A stretch of 64,000 bases of DNA. It comes from an uncultured delta proteobacterium. Lineage in GTDB: Bacteria; Desulfobacterota; Syntrophia; Syntrophales; Smithellaceae. This document shows positions 58,078-64,000 of this stretch, piece after piece (the stretch's first letter is position 1; every line of letters begins with the position of its first letter). A program made the translations under genes and the position numbers. The notes under the pieces are model-generated. The model made no database searches, was not told the DNA's origin, and worked only from the letters and a program-made list of their open reading frames with translations. The DNA lies in NCBI GenBank assembly GCA_963753975.1, contig CAVWEH010000004.1, positions 314,457 through 378,456 of the forward strand. Direction: 5' to 3'.

Positions 58078-58893
58078 CTACTTCTTTAATTTTTTAACTG
58101 ATTTTTTGATGGCTGCGAGTTTTTCTCGTTTCGGTTTCTTCACCGTTTTTTTGATCTCTGCCAGTTTCTTGCGTTTGACTTTCGCCATCTGGGCGATGCC
58201 GGCCCAAAAACCATAGAGGAACACCTGGCCGGCAAGGACTACAGCGAACCCGATACGCATACCATAGCCCATGGACTTGGCCATTTGATTTGCCATTTCT
58301 TCGATCTCGCGGTAGAGGATGAGCATATTGGTCATAGCGGTAATTACGGTAACGGCAGCACCCACAAATACCCCCTCCAGAATGGCCTTGCCTTTTGAAG
58401 TGAAACCTATCCAGAGGCCGGTGCCGAAGCTTGTGATTACAGCAAGGAGCGACAGATAATAGAACCCTTCGTTTCCCGAAAGCCAGGGGTGATCGCCTTT
58501 AATGAATTTGCCGATGGTTTCGATACCGAAGCTGCCGTAGAGGCTCTCGAATGATTGCTGGCTGGACTCCATATAAAGAATCAAAAAAATGATTTCGAAT
58601 ACAATTTTGATGGCAAGGCTCACGGCGATAGCCGTAAAAATTCTACCGGCTGTGATATTTTCAAAAATTTTGGCTATGCCAGCTTTCATCTCTTCTTTGG
58701 CCTTGGCCGGATGAATAGGTTTGTCCTTTCCTGTTTTTCTTCTCTCGAGGAGTTCATAAGCAATCGCGTAGAAGATGGGTACAAGCGGGAAGATATTGGT
58801 GGTATAAAATTCGAGGTGCAATGAGCGGCTCAAAACCACGAGACCGACGGCCACGAGAATCGCTACTAAGAAACTCAGGAAAAGATTATTCAT
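58078..58893 (-). CDS. Hypothetical multi-TM membrane protein with a Lys-rich duplicated tail
   Basis: About six hydrophobic segments; tail KRKKLAEIKKTVKKP / KREKLAAIKKSVKKL. Confidence 0.65.
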   Translation of the reverse strand: MNNLFLSFLVAILVAVGLVVLSRSLHLEFYTTNIFPLVPIFYAIAYELLERRKTGKDKPIHPAKAKEEMKAGIAKIFENITAGRIFTAIAVSLAIKIVFEIIFLILYMESSQQSFESLYGSFGIETIGKFIKGDHPWLSGNEGFYYLSLLAVITSFGTGLWIGFTSKGKAILEGVFVGAAVTVITAMTNMLILYREIEEMANQMAKSMGYGMRIGFAVVLAGQVFLYGFWAGIAQMAKVKRKKLAEIKKTVKKPKREKLAAIKKSVKKLKK

Positions 58894-59048
58894 GAATCAT
58901 TCCGTTATGTTTTAGTATGTATTTTCTTATGAGGAATGCGCCTTGTATATGAAAATCATATTGATATGTCAAGATAATTAAACCGCCGTCAGGTTATTAA
59001 CTTCATCTGCTATTAAAATATTAAGAGAAATGATAGTCTAAATTGGAT

Positions 59049-60086
59049 ATGCAAAGAAGAATTATTCACATCGATATGGATGCTTTTTTTGCCGCGGTTG
59101 AGGAAAAGAAAAATCCGGCGCTGATCGGTAAGCCCGTAATTATCGGAGGCGGAGGAAACCCCAACAAGAGAGGGGTTGTTTCGACGGCCAACTATGAAGC
59201 CAGAAAATACGGTGTCCATTCGGCCATGCCGCTGAGGGCAGCTTACAAACTTTGTCCTCACGCTATTTTCCTTCCTGTCGATTATGAAGCTTATTCTACA
59301 GCGTCCCAACAATTCAAATCTGTTCTATTAGAGATTACACCGATTATAGAAAATGCCGGCATTGACGAAGCATTTCTTGATGTATCCGAACTGGCAGAGA
59401 CACCCGAAATTACCGCTGCCAGGATTAAAACCGGGATAAAAGAAAAAACCGGCTTGACCTGTTCTATCGGCATCGCCCCCAACAAACTTCTGGCCAAGAT
59501 CGCCTCCGATATGCACAAACCGGACGGCCTCACCATTTTCAATGAAGCTAATATTGAAAATCTGCTGTGGCCGTTACCGATCCGTAAATTATATGGAATA
59601 GGGCCAAAAACAGAAACATACCTGAAAAATATCGGTATAGAAACCATCGGAGAGCTCGCAGCGTCGCCATTAGAAAAACTAATTGAAAATTTCGGCAATT
59701 CCTACGGTCAATATCTTTATGATGCTTCGCGGGGAATTGATGACAGCCCCTTGATTACCCACTGGGAGCCGAAATCAATCAGCCGCGAGACTACCTTTCA
59801 GGAAGATGTGAAAAACTGGCAGGCAATTGCCCGGACACTGGCGGAACTAACTAAAGAAGTTGTCGCTGATATGCAAGACGAAGGATATAGAGCCAAAACC
59901 GTTACCATAAAAATCAGATTCGGCGATTTCCAGACCTTGACCAGAGCAAAAACAATGTCTGATTATACGGACGCCGAAGAAGAGATTCGGAAAGCAGCCT
60001 TTGCCTGTCTTAAGCGTATAGAGCTTAATAAGCGGGTAAGGCTAATCGGTGTGCGGGCTACTAATCTGGAAAAAATTCAGGACTGA
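59049..60086 (+). CDS. dinB: DNA polymerase IV
   Basis: IIHIDMDAFFA, RGVVSTANYEARKYGV, IDEAFLD, SIGIAPNKLLAKIASD, RLIGV. Confidence 0.95.
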   Translation: MQRRIIHIDMDAFFAAVEEKKNPALIGKPVIIGGGGNPNKRGVVSTANYEARKYGVHSAMPLRAAYKLCPHAIFLPVDYEAYSTASQQFKSVLLEITPIIENAGIDEAFLDVSELAETPEITAARIKTGIKEKTGLTCSIGIAPNKLLAKIASDMHKPDGLTIFNEANIENLLWPLPIRKLYGIGPKTETYLKNIGIETIGELAASPLEKLIENFGNSYGQYLYDASRGIDDSPLITHWEPKSISRETTFQEDVKNWQAIARTLAELTKEVVADMQDEGYRAKTVTIKIRFGDFQTLTRAKTMSDYTDAEEEIRKAAFACLKRIELNKRVRLIGVRATNLEKIQD

Positions 60087-60267
60087 AAATATGTATCTTT
60101 TATCATCGCGGCGTTAAACTAAAGTGGCAAGACAGGTCGGTATTTCTTCATCCGTTCGTATCAGCGGCACAGCATCCAACATTTTGTAGTCTTTTTTCAT
60201 TGACCAACAAAGCTATTTGTCTTATACTCCAACTGTCAAAAACCAATGCCTTATCAGAGAGGCAGTG

Positions 60268-61978
60268 ATGGCAACTCCCATTTCCCAGAAAAAAAATTAT
60301 TTTTCTTGTTCGCCTGATGGTCATTATTACGACCGCTTATTTTATTCTTTTTTCACCATCCGCCAGCAAAGAATGCGAAATCTATGGATATATTTTCATT
60401 GCCGTTTATCTGTTGACCAATCTGATTGTTGCCCACATTCCGGAAAAATATTTCTATGACGACAAGATTTTCTATGGGTTTATTTTATGCGACAGCATAC
60501 TGCTGCCGGCCGGGATTTATTTTTCCGGATATGTCGGGTCGGATTTATACCTGATGTATTTTTTTATTATCTTATTAACGACAATGAGCTCCCGCTTTGA
60601 ATACCTGATGATAAACACCATCATCTTTTCTGTCATCTACGGCTGGCTGTTATATCAAAAGGGATTTTTAACAGGTCCGAAGGCCATCAGCTATTTGATC
60701 CGGATTCCGTTTATTATTGTCATTGCAATGTTTTACGGATATCTCATAACGACCCGGTTAAAAGACAAAGACATACGGATTAATGAAGCCCGGGAAAGAT
60801 ACGAGCAAATTGTTCAAGCTACCGATGTGTTGATGTGTATTGTCGATCATGACGGGAAGTTTTTATTTGCCAATCAAAAACTCGTCAAATTTTATGGATA
60901 CCAGGATGAAAATAAGTCTTTCTCGGTTTGACCATTTCACGGATTTATAACGAAGATGAAGACCGAAGCGGAAAAATCGTTGAGCTATGTGAGATCGGTA
61001 TATCAAAATAATGACATGGTACAGTATGAATCCTATGATAAAAATCACGGCATATGGTTTGCCAATACGCTGAGCCCGATAAGAGATCCGTCAACCCGGG
61101 ATGTTTTTGCGGTCTGCATTATTTCCAAAGATATCACCGACCGGATTGAAAAAGAGAAAAAATTAAATGATACTGTTGAATTGTTGCGAAGAACCCGGGA
61201 CCAGTTAATACAAAAGGATAAAATGGCCGCTCTCGGGCGGATGGCGTCCGGTATTGCCCATGAAATCAGGAATCCGTTGGAAATTATTTATATGGGAGTG
61301 GATTATCTGGAAAACAATCTTCCCGATGATAATCCTCATATCCGTGAATCAATAGAAAAAATTTTTAATGCAGTCAACCGGGCCGATAATATTATCAAAA
61401 ATATTTTATCGTTTTCAAGACAATCGGAATACAAAATCACGCAACTCCCCCTCATGTCCATTGCTTGATAATGTGCTGACGCTTGCAGAACACAACGATT
61501 CGAAAAAAGCGGTGTGATCGTACGACGTGAGTATGATGACAAATCGCTGGAAGTGGCCGGTGATTATAATATGCTGGAACAGGTTTTTTTGAATCTTGTC
61601 AATAATGCGGTTGATGCCATGAAAGACCGCAAAGAAAAGATATTGACGGTTCGCGCCTATAAACAATTAGTCACTGAGATCGGCTATAAAACCGGTTACC
61701 GGCAGGCTGATTTTTTCAGCATCGGCGATGAAATGATTGTTGTGGAAATATCAGATACCGGAAAAGGAATCCCGGAGGAGACCCTGTCGAAAATATTCGA
61801 ACCGTTTTTTACGACCAAACCCACCAATGAGGGAACGGGTCTGGGCCTCAGCATTGCCCATATGATCATGGATCGATTAAGCGGCACCATTGATGTTGAA
61901 AGCCGGGAAAATCAGGGAACAACTTTTTTTGTAAAACTCCAGCCAAGAATTAAAATAATTGATACAAAGGAGGTGTAA
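60268..61978 (+). CDS. Membrane PAS sensor histidine kinase, split by several frameshifts
   Basis: Fragments give a multi-TM sensor, PAS, IAHEIRNPL H-box, NLVNNAVDA, DTGKGI, FFTTK and GTGLGLS; indels at about 60290 (A run), 60920 and 61445-61500. Confidence 0.8.
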
Positions 61979-61979
61979 C

Positions 61980-62367
61980 ATGACAAAAAATATAAAAGTG
62001 TTGGTCATTGATGATGAAGTTGATTTTTGTTATTTTGTTAAAAAAAATCTCATGCAGAACGGAATGTTCGATGTGATTATCGCGACAAACGGCAAAGACG
62101 GAATAGAACTGGCCGAAAATGAACTGCCGGATATCATCCTGCTTGATCTGTTCATGCCGGACATGCCCGGCGAGGATGTCGCGGCTGCTTTAAAAGAAAA
62201 TCCCGCTACAGCAAACATCCCGATTCTTTATGTCACGGCGCTTGCCACAAATGATGATATTGTTGACAGGGAAGAAAATAAAATCGGAAATAACTATATA
62301 TCTGCCAAAGCCGGTACGGACAAAAAAACTGATAGAAACAATTCTGAACATCTTAAGGGAACCTTAA
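61980..62367 (+). CDS. Single-domain response regulator, frameshift near 62300
   Basis: VLVIDDE, PDIILLDLFMP; removing one base restores the conserved LPKPV...LIETI end with TAA at 62365-62367; SD AAGGAGG. Confidence 0.8.
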
Positions 62368-62641
62368 CCTTATTAGCTGTACCCTAATATTAATGATACA
62401 GGGATATGCTAATGAAATTTTGACATGAGATGGTTTTCTGTTAATGGATACACAAATTGTGCGGGCTTTTTTTGTTTTGCAGTTTATAATGTTTGTTAAT
62501 ATTTTCAGCACGCTTCAGTTCGGCAAATTTTACACCTGACTCTTTACGAAGCCATTAGTTTTTGAACGATTTTCTTATGGGGAAAATTTATATGAAAATA
62601 AAAATGGTTACTAACTATAATTGATGACCATTTAACTTTAT

Positions 62642-62688
62642 TGGTGCCTCTGGCGCGAGTCGAACGCTCGCACACGGATTAAGAATCC
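62642..62688 (-). pseudogene. 3' fragment of a tRNA (Lys-CTT-like); possible att scar
   Basis: Minus strand GGA-TTCTTAA-TCC GTGTGC GAGCG-TTCGACT-CGCGC CAGAGGC ACCA; no D arm or 5' acceptor strand upstream. Confidence 0.6.
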
Positions 62689-62837
62689 TTAGCATATGGC
62701 TTTTTATAAATATTTTCAATGACTTACTAGTTTTAGTGTGGACAAATTCTGACCTAGGCTGAACGCTCGAAAATTTCATAAGACCTTTTGCAGCCGAAAT
62801 TTGGAAAAATTAACCGGAATGTTATTTGGCAAAAGGT

Positions 62838-64000
62838 CTATATATTTTCCCTGTTAATGTGCGCGACTTTGGCAACCGGGAAGCCGTTAAAGTCCGTGGC
62901 CGAGGCTAAAGTGTAAGCGCCAATATTTTCCGCGTAAAGCAAATCGTCAATTTGCAAATCTTCCGGCAGTTCATCAGCCAGTGAGATTGTATCAAAAGCG
63001 TCGCAGGTCGGTCCAAAAGTGGCACAAAGTTTGAGTTCGCCATCTTTAAAAGCGTGGAGCGGGTAATACTGGTGGTCATAAACCTGGCCGGAAAAAGTAT
63101 GATACACGCCATCATCAAGATAATAACAAGTTTTGCCGTCGCGAATGGATTTGCCGATAATTTTTGTCACCAAGGTGCAGGCTGTGGCCACCATAAATCG
63201 GCCGGGTTCGGCAATAACCTGGATGTTGTCTTTGCCGAACAAGCGTTTAATTTCCAAATTCAATTTTTTAGCCAAAGCAGAAAATGATTTTACATCCGGT
63301 GTGTATTTAACCGGAAACCCGCCTCCAATATCCAAAACTTTTTTCTTTTTGCCCTCTTTATCCGTAAAACCAATTTCAAAATTCCGCAAAGCAACTTCCT
63401 TCAAAATAGAATGCGCAAAATTTAGCGCTTGCAAATAGTTGTCAAAATTATTGCATTGACTGCCCACGTGAAAACTAATGCCTTCCACATCCAAACCCAT
63501 GCCAATGGCCTCGGCAATTAGATCCACGGCTTCGCCGGGATGCGCGCCAAATTTGGAAGACAGCTCCACCATACTTCCGGTGTTGGGCACGCGAATGCGT
63601 AAAATTAGCCCTACGTCCGGCGCGTGTCGCTTGATTTTTTTCAGTTCCTCAATATTGTCAAAAGTTACCAAAATTTTGTACGGGTTTAATTTTGTCAAAA
63701 CTTTGAACGGTTTAATAGTGTTGGCGTAAATAATTTTGTCCCAAATAAAATCTTGGCGTTCTTTGTCCGGCCAGTTTTCAGTATTTTTATAAACAAGCTT
63801 GAATTCGTAAATTGAAGCCACGTCAAAGCTAGAGCCAAGGTCAAACATGGTTTTAATTATCTCAGGATTGGAATTAGCCTTAACCGCAAAATACGGTTGC
63901 ACATCCGGCAATTTTTCACGGAATTCCTTAAAATTGTTGCGCAGGACTTCGTGGTCAACCACAAACAGCGGCGTGCCGTTTTTAGCTGCCAATTCCTGCA
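62838..64000 (-). CDS. Fold-type III PLP decarboxylase (ornithine/lysine decarboxylase), 5' end outside the window
   Basis: PYFAVKAN, FDVAS, SSKFGA, SFHVGSQ, LDIGGGFP, AEPGR, GPTCD, GAYT. Confidence 0.9.
   Translation of the reverse strand, partial: QELAAKNGTPLFVVDHEVLRNNFKEFREKLPDVQPYFAVKANSNPEIIKTMFDLGSSFDVASIYEFKLVYKNTENWPDKERQDFIWDKIIYANTIKPFKVLTKLNPYKILVTFDNIEELKKIKRHAPDVGLILRIRVPNTGSMVELSSKFGAHPGEAVDLIAEAIGMGLDVEGISFHVGSQCNNFDNYLQALNFAHSILKEVALRNFEIGFTDKEGKKKKVLDIGGGFPVKYTPDVKSFSALAKKLNLEIKRLFGKDNIQVIAEPGRFMVATACTLVTKIIGKSIRDGKTCYYLDDGVYHTFSGQVYDHQYYPLHAFKDGELKLCATFGPTCDAFDTISLADELPEDLQIDDLLYAENIGAYTLASATDFNGFPVAKVAHINRENI

Noticed and set aside
58078..58180. Duplicated Lys-rich 15-aa tail
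   Set aside because: Real, but only two degenerate low-complexity copies with no functional clue.

Overview
A mostly housekeeping stretch of a bacterial chromosome. Gene content and order (tRNA-Sec, HesB-type selenoprotein, IspH-UbiA fusion, tandem pilT, ADP-forming acyl-CoA ligase) suggest an anaerobic deltaproteobacterium such as Syntrophales/Smithella; this is inference only. Core genes: mfd (partial), moeA, metG-ricT-holB-tmk, ferredoxin, the xseA-xseB-ispA-dxs-tlyA-ispH operon, a DHS-like gene, pilT x2, asd-ribF, ccdA-tlpA, ettA, trxB-lgt, tkt-pgi, an mla operon, dinB, a two-component pair and an ornithine/lysine decarboxylase (partial). There are three intact tRNAs (Sec, Ala, Leu) and one tRNA 3' fragment. 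The most unusual content is: (1) a small minus-strand accessory, probably defence, locus at about 37.3-40.9 kb. It holds an internally deleted Type IIG R-M gene whose 3' end recurs 1.8 kb downstream, a HEPN-motif gene between the two copies, and two integron gene cassettes with attC sites but no integrase in the window. (2) A four-copy family of modular intergenic elements with covarying hairpins, plus other MITE/REP-like elements. (3) An MlaF ATPase fused to a degenerate GGDEF-like domain, and a histidine kinase lacking its phospho-acceptor His. Several conserved genes carry single-base frameshifts that look like sequencing errors. All calls come from manual reading; no database searches were run.
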